58,054 nt of DNA, taken from the NCBI GenBank assembly GCA_013298875.1, contig JAAFJH010000002.1, positions 1 to 58,054 of the forward strand, given 5' to 3'. This document shows, in pieces, positions 48,535 through 57,026 of this stretch. Each line of letters opens with the position of its first letter. Position 1 is the stretch's first letter. Made by a program: the position numbers and the translations under genes. The notes under the pieces were generated by a model that was not told where the DNA came from, did no database searches, and saw only the letters and a program-made list of their open reading frames with translations. The stretch comes from Synechococcales cyanobacterium bin2.concoct.b11b12b14.033. Its GTDB lineage: Bacteria > Cyanobacteriota > Vampirovibrionia > Caenarcaniphilales > Caenarcanaceae.

Positions 48535-49122
48535 ATGGCTTTTGAAAAAGAATTTGAAAATTTGTTTCGTAGCTTCGCTGAATTAAGAGAGCAGCAGGCT
48601 CAAACTGATAAACAATTAGCTGAAAATGCTAAACAACAAGCAAAAACTGATGAACAGATGAAAAAAACTGACGAAAAAATAGATAAATTATCTAAAGAAT
48701 TGGGAAATATTGGTAATAATAATGGAGCGGTAGCGGAAGAATTCTTTTGGAATGCCCTGAAAGAAAGCAAAGAATTTAAAGGTATTAAAGTTGATTTTAG
48801 CGACCGAAATGCTTATCGTAAAAAAGGCTCTCTAGCTGACGAATTTGATATATTGCTCTGGAATGGTAGTTCGGTAATAATTGTTGAAACAAAGTATAAA
48901 GTTCATCCAAATTTAATTGAAAAAATAAAAGAGAAAAAAATCCCTAATTTTAAAAAACTTTTTTCAGATAAAGCGGCTCATAAAATTTATTATGCAATTG
49001 CTGGCTTTGCCATACCTGACGAAGTCGCTGAGGAAGCCAAGAAAGAAGGTTTTTTTGTAATTAAGCAATTCGCTGATTCAGAAAATATTATCATTGAAAA
49101 TAATGAAATTAAAGCTTATTAA
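48535..49122 (+). CDS. Coiled-coil plus PD-(D/E)xK-like protein (DUF3782-like architecture)
   Basis: The track ORF starts at TTG 48484. I prefer ATG 48535 (MAFEKEF). The N-terminal coiled coil has repeated TD[KE]Q units (AQTDKQLAENAKQQAKTDEQMKKTDEKIDKL). The C-terminal part has EFDILLWNGSSVIIVETKYK, a D...E-x-K nuclease-like motif. Confidence 0.55.
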   Translation: MAFEKEFENLFRSFAELREQQAQTDKQLAENAKQQAKTDEQMKKTDEKIDKLSKELGNIGNNNGAVAEEFFWNALKESKEFKGIKVDFSDRNAYRKKGSLADEFDILLWNGSSVIIVETKYKVHPNLIEKIKEKKIPNFKKLFSDKAAHKIYYAIAGFAIPDEVAEEAKKEGFFVIKQFADSENIIIENNEIKAY

Positions 49123-49145
49123 ATTAGTATTTATGTCTACGCACA

Positions 49146-50006
49146 ATGAAAATAGTTGAATTAAATAATTTAGTTAAAGAATTTCTTGAATATCATGCTT
49201 TAAAGTTTAACTCTCAGAGAGCTTATAAAACTGATTTAAAGTTTTTGATTGAATTTATTATTTCCGAAAAAATAGAGTTGGAAAATTTAAAACGGAAAGA
49301 TTTATTAAATTGGCTAAAAAATTATAATTCAAGGGTGGCTAATCGACGAGGAATTAATATTCGCAAATTTTTATTATGGCTAAAAAAAGAAAAACAAATA
49401 ATTATTGCGGAAGAATTTAGTTTACCTTGGCAATTTACAGATCCCAAACCCGTTAAGCCAGATCAGACAGCGGATTTGAGTGAAGATGAAATTAATAGTT
49501 TATTTACTAATCGCTATTTAAGCTTAAACAAAAAAGCTATTTTGATTTTGCTGCTTAGCACCGCTGCTCCCATTGAAAGCTTAGCAACTTTAACCTGGGA
49601 AGATATTTGCTTAGATAAATTCCCATATTTAAAATTTGGCTCCGACGGAAAAGAAAGAATAATTGCTCTAGAAGAACCTATTACCAAGTTGCTAAAAGAA
49701 TTAAAAGAGAAAAACGCTCAATTCACGCATCAATTTGTTTTTTGTCAAGAAAATACGGGAGAGCCAATTAATGCCGCTTATTTAGCCATTTTAATTAAAA
49801 GAAGTTTGCAAAAATCCCTAAATAAAAATATCTCAGCGACCCAATTACAAGAATTAGCCCAAAAAAGATTAACTGAAAAATATAAATTACCAATTGCTTT
49901 AAATATTTTAGGTTTAAAAAAAGCTCATAGTATTCTTACTTCTTCTCCTGAAGACGAAATCGACTTAGCTAAATTGAAAGATATTCATCAGTTGGCTTTT
50001 GGATAA
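49146..50006 (+). CDS. Tyrosine-recombinase (XerC/D-like) homologue apparently lacking catalytic residues
   Basis: 286 aa. The N-terminal SAM-like domain pattern is FLEYHALKFNSQRAYKTDLKFLIEFI...RRGINIRKFLLWLKKEKQI. In the catalytic domain the conserved G-L-R-x-S-E is STAAPIESL (Arg to Pro). The H-x-L-R box position reads ATQLQEL, and no terminal Tyr context is visible. DGKERI retains the beta-hairpin Lys. Confidence 0.55.
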   Translation: MKIVELNNLVKEFLEYHALKFNSQRAYKTDLKFLIEFIISEKIELENLKRKDLLNWLKNYNSRVANRRGINIRKFLLWLKKEKQIIIAEEFSLPWQFTDPKPVKPDQTADLSEDEINSLFTNRYLSLNKKAILILLLSTAAPIESLATLTWEDICLDKFPYLKFGSDGKERIIALEEPITKLLKELKEKNAQFTHQFVFCQENTGEPINAAYLAILIKRSLQKSLNKNISATQLQELAQKRLTEKYKLPIALNILGLKKAHSILTSSPEDEIDLAKLKDIHQLAFG

Positions 50007-50020
50007 TTACTTTGAATAAA

Positions 50021-50602
50021 CTAATATTTACAATAAGCTTCATAAACATTATCGGGTAGCAAATAACGGTAAGCTGCATTTTCAGCTTTTAATTTTCTGA
50101 TTAGACTAGATGAAATTGGTAAAGGTAAATTATTCAGCCAAGCCCAATTAAAACTAGAATTATTTAAATCATTTTCTTTTATTTCCTGCTCTAAATTGTA
50201 ATTTGGCCTTTGAGCCACTAAAAATTCACAGATATCTTTAATTTCATCGATGCAATGCCAATTAGGTAAGCTTAAAAAACTATCAAGTCCTAAAATCATT
50301 TTAATTTTTTTTACTTTATATTCGGCTTGAATTTCACGCAAACTAAAAATGGTATAAGAAATATCTCTCTTCAATTCACGTAAATCAAGCTCAAATTTAT
50401 TATTACTTTTTAAAGCAATTCCTAAAAGTTCACTTCTTTGATTAAAACTTAATGAATTATTTTGATTTAATTTATTGGGCGGATTGGGCGAAAGTATAAA
50501 AAGAACTTTGTCTAAATTAAACTGAAGACAAGCCGTCTCAGCCAACATAAGATGACCAATATGAACTGGACTAAAACTTCCCGGAAAAATCGCTAAATTC
50601 AC
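50021..50602 (-). CDS. nadD: Nicotinate-nucleotide adenylyltransferase
   Basis: 193 aa with IFPGSFSPVHIGHLMLAE ((H/T)xGH motif) and ISSSLIR near the C-terminus. Confidence 0.88.
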   Translation of the reverse strand: MNLAIFPGSFSPVHIGHLMLAETACLQFNLDKVLFILSPNPPNKLNQNNSLSFNQRSELLGIALKSNNKFELDLRELKRDISYTIFSLREIQAEYKVKKIKMILGLDSFLSLPNWHCIDEIKDICEFLVAQRPNYNLEQEIKENDLNNSSFNWAWLNNLPLPISSSLIRKLKAENAAYRYLLPDNVYEAYCKY

Positions 50603-50605
50603 AAA

Positions 50606-50806
50606 TTACTCAACCGAAATAACTTCTAAGTTTTCATTATAGGTAAAAACTTTGCTTTCATCTTCATCCGAAAATTTCTTATGGGAGCCATCACAAAAAG
50701 GCTGAGGATCTTCTTCATTCCATTTTTTTGATAAACCACAACGGCAAATCCATTTCTCGCCAACTTTTAATGGGGTTTTGGATTTTAATATTACTTTACG
50801 AGCCAT
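50606..50806 (-). CDS. CDGSH-type iron-sulfur domain protein
   Basis: 66 aa with CRCGLSKKWNEEDPQPFCDGSH, matching the C-x-C-x2-S-x(n)-P-x-C-D-G-S-H 2Fe-2S motif. Confidence 0.8.
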   Translation of the reverse strand: MARKVILKSKTPLKVGEKWICRCGLSKKWNEEDPQPFCDGSHKKFSDEDESKVFTYNENLEVISVE

Positions 50807-50841
50807 AGAAAATTATTTAGCAGAAAACAAGTTTTTTAATT

Positions 50842-51630
50842 CTAAAGTAAATCTCTAATTTCTTGGCAAAACTGACTATAAGCTTTTTGAATTTGTTTTG
50901 AATTTAATTCTAATAAATCTTCATTTAAAATTTGATTTCCATTCGCTAACCGTGTCATTCCATCAAAACCACTTGAAGCTAATTGTAAAGCTAAATTTTT
51001 AATATTAGGCTCTGGATAATGGTTAAGAGTATTTAAAAGCCCAATTGATAATAATAAAGGCAAATGACTAATTAAAGAAACTGCTTGATCATGCTCATTT
51101 GGTGGCGTGAAAATTATTTTAGCTTTTGTTAATTCAATTAATTCAATTAATTCCGGAAATTTTTCGGCTTCTGGCATTAAAGCCCAAGGCCTGTCTGCAA
51201 ATAATTCAGCGAAAGCATTTTCAAAACCAACTTTTTCTGTTCCCGCCATCGGATGACCGCCCACAAAATTAATATTTGTTGTTTTATTTACAATTAACTT
51301 GGCTTGTTCGCAAATATTAGCTTTGACACTGCCAACATCAGTAATTATTACTTTATCTTTGAGGTAAGGAACAATTAATTCTAAAGTGTTAACAATTTCT
51401 CTGAGAGGCGTACAGATAAAAATAAAATCACATTGTTTTAAATCAGCAAAATCTTCCGAAATAAAACAAAATAAATTTGCCTGGAGTTTTTCGCTATTTT
51501 TAGTAAGAAAATTTTGTTTATTCCTGACCCACAAAGCCACTTGTAAGCCTTGCTGAGCCAAATTTAAAGCTAAAGAGCCTCCAATTAAACCCGCTCCGAT
51601 TATGCCAATTAATTTATTTTCCAATTTCAT
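50842..51630 (-). CDS. tyrA: Prephenate/arogenate dehydrogenase
   Basis: 262 aa with IGIIGAGLIGGSLALNL, DVGSVK, GGHPMAG and SHLPLLLS. Confidence 0.88.
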   Translation of the reverse strand: MKLENKLIGIIGAGLIGGSLALNLAQQGLQVALWVRNKQNFLTKNSEKLQANLFCFISEDFADLKQCDFIFICTPLREIVNTLELIVPYLKDKVIITDVGSVKANICEQAKLIVNKTTNINFVGGHPMAGTEKVGFENAFAELFADRPWALMPEAEKFPELIELIELTKAKIIFTPPNEHDQAVSLISHLPLLLSIGLLNTLNHYPEPNIKNLALQLASSGFDGMTRLANGNQILNEDLLELNSKQIQKAYSQFCQEIRDLL

Positions 51631-51755
51631 AAAATTATAAATTTGTAATAATTTTTTTAGTATCTTTACTTTTTTCCATTATTAATTTTATAAATATTTT
51701 TATAATAAGTTAAAATCTTTAAGGTCATCATAGATTATATTCCTCTTCGATACAG

Positions 51756-53027
51756 ATGAAAAAAATTATAGTTCAGAAATTTGGTGGCAGTTCTTTGGCT
51801 TCCCCCGAAAGAATAAAATGTGTCGCAGAAATTTGTAAAGAGACTCAATATAATGAAGATTGTAGTTTAGTAGTTGTTGTTTCAGCTATGGGAGATACAA
51901 CCGATGATTTACTTGATTTAATGGTTCAAGTTAATTCTCGTCCTAACCCACGTGAGCAAGATATGCTTTTAAGTACTGGTGAACAAGTGAGCATTGCACT
52001 TTTGACTATGGCTTTGAATAAAATTGATAAAAAAGCTCAATCATTAACGGGTTGGCAAGCGGGAATTAAAACTGAATCAATACATACCAAAGCTCGCATC
52101 AAAGAAATCGAAACATCTAGAATATTGAAATTACTGGAAGAAGATAATATTGTTGTGGTGGCTGGTTTTCAAGGATTTGACAATAATCATGAGATTTTCA
52201 CTTTAGGGAGAGGTGGCTCTGATACAACAGCCGTGGCTTTGGCAGTTTCTTTAGGAGCAGAGCGTTGCGATATTTATACTGATGTGGATGCAGTTCATAC
52301 CTCAGATCCACGCATTGTCAAAAAAACCAGCCCGCTCAAAAATATTTCTTATGATGAAATGCTTGAATTAGCTAGCTTGGGGGCACAAGTCCTGCATCCT
52401 CGCTCAGTGGAAACGGCTAAGTTTTTTAATATGCCTCTCAGAGTTAGAAGCAGTTGGCATCCCGAAAATTTGGGAACTTTGGTAACCGATAATACTAATA
52501 TTGAGTTAAATTTAAAAGAAAAAAAGGAAATTAAAGTGATTGAAGGACAAAAAGCGGTCAGAGGCGTCGCAATAGATAAAAAACAAGCTCGCATATCAAT
52601 TATCGGTGTACCCGATGAACCTGGTATTGCCGCTAAAATATTTGGTGAACTTTCAGAAAATGGAATTTCGGTGGATGTAATAGTGCAGTGCGTTAGTAAT
52701 GATGGGCATGCGGAACTTGATTTTACGGTTAAACGTGATTCGGCCGAATTAGCTAAAATTGAAATTGACCGCATTGCTAAATTGGTGGGTGCCAAAAGAA
52801 CAAGCCTTGATTTGAATGTCGTTAAAGTTTCGATTGTAGGAGCTGGCATGATTGATCAACCTGGTATTGCGGCTAAAATGTTTAAATCTTTAGGACAAAA
52901 AGGTATTAATATTCAAATGATTTCTACTAGTGAAATAAGAATAAGCTGCATTGTATCCGAAAAAGAAGGTGAAGAAGCAGTGCAAGTTATTCATGAAGCT
53001 TTTGGACTTAGTGAGATTTCTGCCTAA
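51756..53027 (+). CDS. lysC: Aspartate kinase
   Basis: 423 aa with VQKFGGSSL, VVVVSAMGDTTD, LGRGGSDTTAVALA, VHTSDPR and two C-terminal ACT domains (VPDEPGIAAKIF, DQPGIAAKMF). Confidence 0.95.
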   Translation: MKKIIVQKFGGSSLASPERIKCVAEICKETQYNEDCSLVVVVSAMGDTTDDLLDLMVQVNSRPNPREQDMLLSTGEQVSIALLTMALNKIDKKAQSLTGWQAGIKTESIHTKARIKEIETSRILKLLEEDNIVVVAGFQGFDNNHEIFTLGRGGSDTTAVALAVSLGAERCDIYTDVDAVHTSDPRIVKKTSPLKNISYDEMLELASLGAQVLHPRSVETAKFFNMPLRVRSSWHPENLGTLVTDNTNIELNLKEKKEIKVIEGQKAVRGVAIDKKQARISIIGVPDEPGIAAKIFGELSENGISVDVIVQCVSNDGHAELDFTVKRDSAELAKIEIDRIAKLVGAKRTSLDLNVVKVSIVGAGMIDQPGIAAKMFKSLGQKGINIQMISTSEIRISCIVSEKEGEEAVQVIHEAFGLSEISA

Positions 53028-53080
53028 ATATTTTTTTTAATTTAAAATTGATCTTATGATATTCAAAAAATTTTTATTTA

Positions 53081-54010
53081 TTGACAATGCATTTATTTTT
53101 TTATTCAACTTTCATTATAATATTATTAATTAACTTTCAGCTCTTGCCTTCTCGCAGTGCATCAACAGCAGTTAGTGGAAATATTGCCAATTTAATTCAA
53201 ACCGCCCAAAATGATTATGAAGCCGGCAATTATGCTTCTTCTATTAACAAATATAAAAAAGCTTTGGAAGGTAATAATAATAATCCTGGTATTCATTTTG
53301 GGTTGGGGGCAGCTTATATTGGGCAAGGTTATTATGAATTAGCCACGGAATATTTACTAAGAGCTTTAGAGCTAAATCCGGCTTTGATTGAAGCTTATTT
53401 TAGTTTGGCTTTGGCCTATCAAGGTATGGGACGTAGCAAAGAGGCTTTAGCGGCTTATCGTAAAGGTTTGGGCTTTGATTTAAATAAACATCTGCCCCGA
53501 AGTGCCTTTTGGAATGAGGTAAATATAAAAACCGACCAGCCAGAAGAAAAGAATGACGACGAAGATATAAATAGTGAAGAGAATAAATCCGAGAATAAAA
53601 ACCTTTCGACTTTAAAAATAAAAGAATTTAAGCCAGTAATTATTACTGATTTTAGCTCTCCAAATAGTTTTGAGAATAGAAATGAATCAGTTAAGGCTGC
53701 TGATGTGGATGAAAGTGGCCTGATTATTATAAAAAAAGATAATAATTATTTTGCCAGCCAAATTAAAGATTATGAAGAAGAATTAGAAAATAGCTCAGAT
53801 GATACCCAGATTATGAGACGTTTGGCCATTTTATATTTAAAAGTAAAACAATTAGATAAAGCCCAAATTATGCAGAGGAAATTAAAAAACCTTAATAGTG
53901 AATTTAGTAATGAAATAAATATAGAAATTGAAAAAGCAAATAAAAAGATTGAATTGGAGAAAGAAGTAAGTAAACCTTCAAAAAACAATAAAACTACTTG
54001 GAAAAAATGA
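53081..54010 (+). CDS. TPR-repeat protein
   Basis: 309 aa (TTG 53081, or ATG 53087) with an N-terminal hydrophobic segment, about three TPR units (AGNYASSINKYKKALE, GQGYYELATEYLLRALELNP, MGRSKEALAAYRKGL) and an acidic low-complexity linker. Confidence 0.7.
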   Translation: MTMHLFFYSTFIIILLINFQLLPSRSASTAVSGNIANLIQTAQNDYEAGNYASSINKYKKALEGNNNNPGIHFGLGAAYIGQGYYELATEYLLRALELNPALIEAYFSLALAYQGMGRSKEALAAYRKGLGFDLNKHLPRSAFWNEVNIKTDQPEEKNDDEDINSEENKSENKNLSTLKIKEFKPVIITDFSSPNSFENRNESVKAADVDESGLIIIKKDNNYFASQIKDYEEELENSSDDTQIMRRLAILYLKVKQLDKAQIMQRKLKNLNSEFSNEINIEIEKANKKIELEKEVSKPSKNNKTTWKK

Positions 54011-54750
54011 CTTCACCCATAAATTCAATTGATATTAACTCAATAACTTTACGCTTCGGGATTGGGTGCTTTGAAACGCTTAAAATTAATCGAGAAAGTG
54101 AAATTTGCTTTTTAGCTGAGCATCTTGAAAGGCTAAAATTTGGCATTAAAACTTGCAATTTAAGCTGCCCTGCAGACCAAGAAATTTACTATCAATTAAA
54201 TGAATTTATTAATAAACAAAACTTAGAAAAACAAAGAACTTATATTTTACGTTTAATTTTTACACCTGAATATGGCCTAGATTTCTGCATAGATGAATAT
54301 ATTGAAAATAAAAATCCGGCTAAATTAATGATTAGTAAAAGCTGGTTTATCAATTCAAAATGCAGTTTAAACAAATTCAAATCTTTTAATTATTTAAAAA
54401 ATCATTTAGCTTATCAGGAAGCTTTAAAAGATGGTTTTGACGATGCAGTTTTATTAAATGAAAAAGGGGAAATTTGTGAAACTACCAAGGCAAACTTATT
54501 TTTTTGTGATTATGCTGGAATATGGTTTACACCTAGTTTAGAGAGCGGCTGCTTGCCAGGAATTATACGAAAATCTTTAATAAATTCTTTAAAAGCTCAG
54601 GAAATTACAATTTTGCCGGCAGAATTAAAAAACTTTAAATTAGCTTTAATGACTAATTCGTTGATTGAGACTAAAAATATTGAATATATTAATGAAATGA
54701 AATTTGAAATTGGCTCAGAAGAATTTTTTGCGTATAAAAAAAACAATTAG
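53998..54750 (+). CDS. pabC: Class IV aminotransferase-fold protein, likely aminodeoxychorismate lyase
   Basis: 250 aa with FGIGCFETLKI, ICETTKANLFF and LESGCLPGIIRKSL. Short length favours PabC over IlvE. Overlaps the TPR gene by 13 nt. Confidence 0.6.
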   Translation: MEKMTSPINSIDINSITLRFGIGCFETLKINRESEICFLAEHLERLKFGIKTCNLSCPADQEIYYQLNEFINKQNLEKQRTYILRLIFTPEYGLDFCIDEYIENKNPAKLMISKSWFINSKCSLNKFKSFNYLKNHLAYQEALKDGFDDAVLLNEKGEICETTKANLFFCDYAGIWFTPSLESGCLPGIIRKSLINSLKAQEITILPAELKNFKLALMTNSLIETKNIEYINEMKFEIGSEEFFAYKKNN

Positions 54751-55644
54751 AGCTAAAGTAACAAGTATACAAGCACTACTAACACCTATAAAAGCTAATG
54801 GATGCTCTTGGAAAGGAAGATGAACATTCATACCATAAAAACTAGCTATAAAATTAGGAACCATAATTACAATTGTTGAAGTAGTTAAAATTTTCATAAC
54901 TCCATTCAAATTATTAGAAATGATTGAAGCATAGGCTTCCATAGTTCCCGACAAAATATTAGTATAAATAGTAGACATTTCAATTGATTGTCGGTTTTCA
55001 ATTAAAGTATCTTCTAGTAATTCTAAATCTTCTTCATAAATACGGAAATAACGGATTTTTTCGATTTTTTCGAGTACTACTTGATTAGCTCTGAGAGAGG
55101 TGGAAAGATAAACTAAGCTTTTATTAATATTAAGCATTTTTAATAATTCTTCATTTTTGGTAGTATTTTTTAATACTTCTTCGACATAATCAATTCGGCG
55201 GCCAATTTGCCTCAAATAAGTCATGTATAAAGTCGAAATTCGGTATAAAACTTGCAAAACAAAACGTACTTTTTTATAAGTATCAAAGGTTTTTACTTTA
55301 CCAGTTATAAAATCACTAAATATTGGCGAATCGGTGGAAGTAACAGTAATAATGACCCGATCAGTCATAATAATACCTAAAGGATAAGTATCATAACCGC
55401 CTGGCACGCTAACCGGGAAATTAACAATAATGAGAGTTTGGCTTTCTTCTTGGTCAATGCGTGATCTTTCGTCTTCGTCGAGTGGATATTGAAAGTATTC
55501 TCTTTGAACATTTAAATTGGTTGACAGTAAATCAATTTCAGTTGCAGAAGGCGAAACTATATGCACCCAAGAACCTTTTTCGGTGTCTTCGATCTTTTCA
55601 ATTTGCTTTAATTTGCCGCTAACTGAATTGTAAATTTTTATCAT
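54715..55644 (-). CDS. corA: Magnesium/cobalt transporter CorA
   Basis: 309 aa with FYGMNV (the GMN motif) between two C-terminal TM helices and a cytosolic N-terminal domain. Confidence 0.88.
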   Translation of the reverse strand: MIKIYNSVSGKLKQIEKIEDTEKGSWVHIVSPSATEIDLLSTNLNVQREYFQYPLDEDERSRIDQEESQTLIIVNFPVSVPGGYDTYPLGIIMTDRVIITVTSTDSPIFSDFITGKVKTFDTYKKVRFVLQVLYRISTLYMTYLRQIGRRIDYVEEVLKNTTKNEELLKMLNINKSLVYLSTSLRANQVVLEKIEKIRYFRIYEEDLELLEDTLIENRQSIEMSTIYTNILSGTMEAYASIISNNLNGVMKILTTSTIVIMVPNFIASFYGMNVHLPFQEHPLAFIGVSSACILVTLALIVFFIRKKFF

Positions 55645-55888
55645 AAATTGTCTTTCATTTATTATTTGCCTTGCAGAGCCATACTTAAGGTTTGTAAGTT
55701 TCTCTAATAAGTTAAATTATACCTAAATATCAATAGGTTTAGCCGTCTTTTGATTTGGCTCATTAAGCTAATATTTTGATTAAGTTAAGTTTTGGTAAAA
55801 ATACCCCTTAAATGCTTATTAGTTATTTCTCTCATAATAAAATAATCTTATGCTAATTGATAAAAGACCGGAATCACGGAGAGAAAAT

Positions 55889-56632
55889 ATGTCACTAAAA
55901 GTTAATATACCAACTGGAAGCTCTGGAAATACAGTCCATTCTAAAACTGGGTCTGCAAGTCTCGCTGAAAAAAATGGAGTTAAGTTTTTAATTACAGCTG
56001 CACATGTTACTAATCCTTCCTCAACAGCTAATAGTAAAAATAACCATGCAGCAGCTTCGGTTGAAAATAGTAAAACTGGTAAAAAAGTTGAATTGGATTC
56101 GTTTACGCCCGTTAAAAATAAATCAACCGGCAAAACCCAGGATATAGCAGTTAATAAATTAGATGATAAAGAACTGAAGGCTTTAGAAGCAGCTGGAATT
56201 GATACCAATCAAACTTTAAAATTGCCCGAGGTCACTAATGGAGCTAATAGTGAATTACCTAAGGATTTAACGACTACTTCTAACTTCAAAGGCGGAAAAG
56301 ATCAAGGAATTTCCAAACACCAAGTTGTAGCAGAAAGTGAAAATGTAAAAGATCAACCAGTAAGCATACAAAATGAACCAGGCCAGCCTAGTAAAGAATA
56401 TGACCAATCTAAGCAGTTTGGAGTCAATAATCTCAATGGCAAGCTAGGGCCAGGTAGCTCCGGCGGCGGCTTAGAAAATAATGGAATCTTATACGGAGTT
56501 GTATCTTCCCAAATTACCCGAGTAACTGGTGGTAAACCTGAAGACCAAACAAAAGTAGGCAATATTAGAGCCACTCGCCTAGACAAAGAAGTACAAGCTG
56601 ATATTGGTAACGCTTTAAGCGTAGCGGCTTAA
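55889..56632 (+). CDS. Chymotrypsin-fold (S1) serine protease-like protein without signal peptide
   Basis: The track ORF starts at 55850. The ATG at 55889 has a GGAGAG RBS 7 nt upstream. Triad contexts are LITAAHV, QDIAVN and GPGSSGGGL. A polar low-complexity region separates Asp and Ser. Confidence 0.65.
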   Translation: MSLKVNIPTGSSGNTVHSKTGSASLAEKNGVKFLITAAHVTNPSSTANSKNNHAAASVENSKTGKKVELDSFTPVKNKSTGKTQDIAVNKLDDKELKALEAAGIDTNQTLKLPEVTNGANSELPKDLTTTSNFKGGKDQGISKHQVVAESENVKDQPVSIQNEPGQPSKEYDQSKQFGVNNLNGKLGPGSSGGGLENNGILYGVVSSQITRVTGGKPEDQTKVGNIRATRLDKEVQADIGNALSVAA

Positions 56633-56637
56633 TTGAA

Positions 56638-56877
56638 CTACCTTAATAAGCTAAGTAAAATTTGTAAGCCAATTAATAAAATCATGGGGGAAATATCAAA
56701 AGTCCCTCCAATTGGTGGTATAACTTTGCGGATTGGTGCCAAAATTGGATCAATAAGTGAGTCTAACGCTTTGTAAAAAGAACTTTCTCTTAAAGTTGGA
56801 ATCCAGCTCATAATAGCCCATACAAAAATCACTAAATTTAATACTTTAAATACTTGATACAAAATGTTGAAAATCAT
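56638..56877 (-). CDS. YGGT-family (Ycf19-like) membrane protein
   Basis: 79 aa with two TM helices and the typical pattern W...........L....dPiL.PiR..iP..gg.DiSP. Confidence 0.8.
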   Translation of the reverse strand: MIFNILYQVFKVLNLVIFVWAIMSWIPTLRESSFYKALDSLIDPILAPIRKVIPPIGGTFDISPMILLIGLQILLSLLR

Positions 56878-57026
56878 AATTAATAATCCAAACTAAACTC
56901 ACAATAAAATAATTATGCCTTGATTAATAATCATTGATTGTCTTATTTAAGTTTAAGTTTTTACTCAACTCACAAATTAATGGGGGATAAATTATAATTT
57001 AAATCGCTAACTAAGGAGATTATAAA

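Noticed and set aside
52349-52849. 166-aa ORF antisense to lysC
   Set aside because: It lies entirely inside a strongly supported aspartate kinase gene on the opposite strand. Its Ser/Thr/Leu/Pro-rich composition is typical of a shadow frame, and it has no motif or RBS.
55819-56208. 129-aa ORF antisense to the S1 protease-like gene
   Set aside because: It overlaps the plus-strand ORF that carries an intact His/Asp/Ser triad. The minus-frame product is low-complexity and hydrophobic, consistent with a shadow of the unusually GC-rich sense frame.
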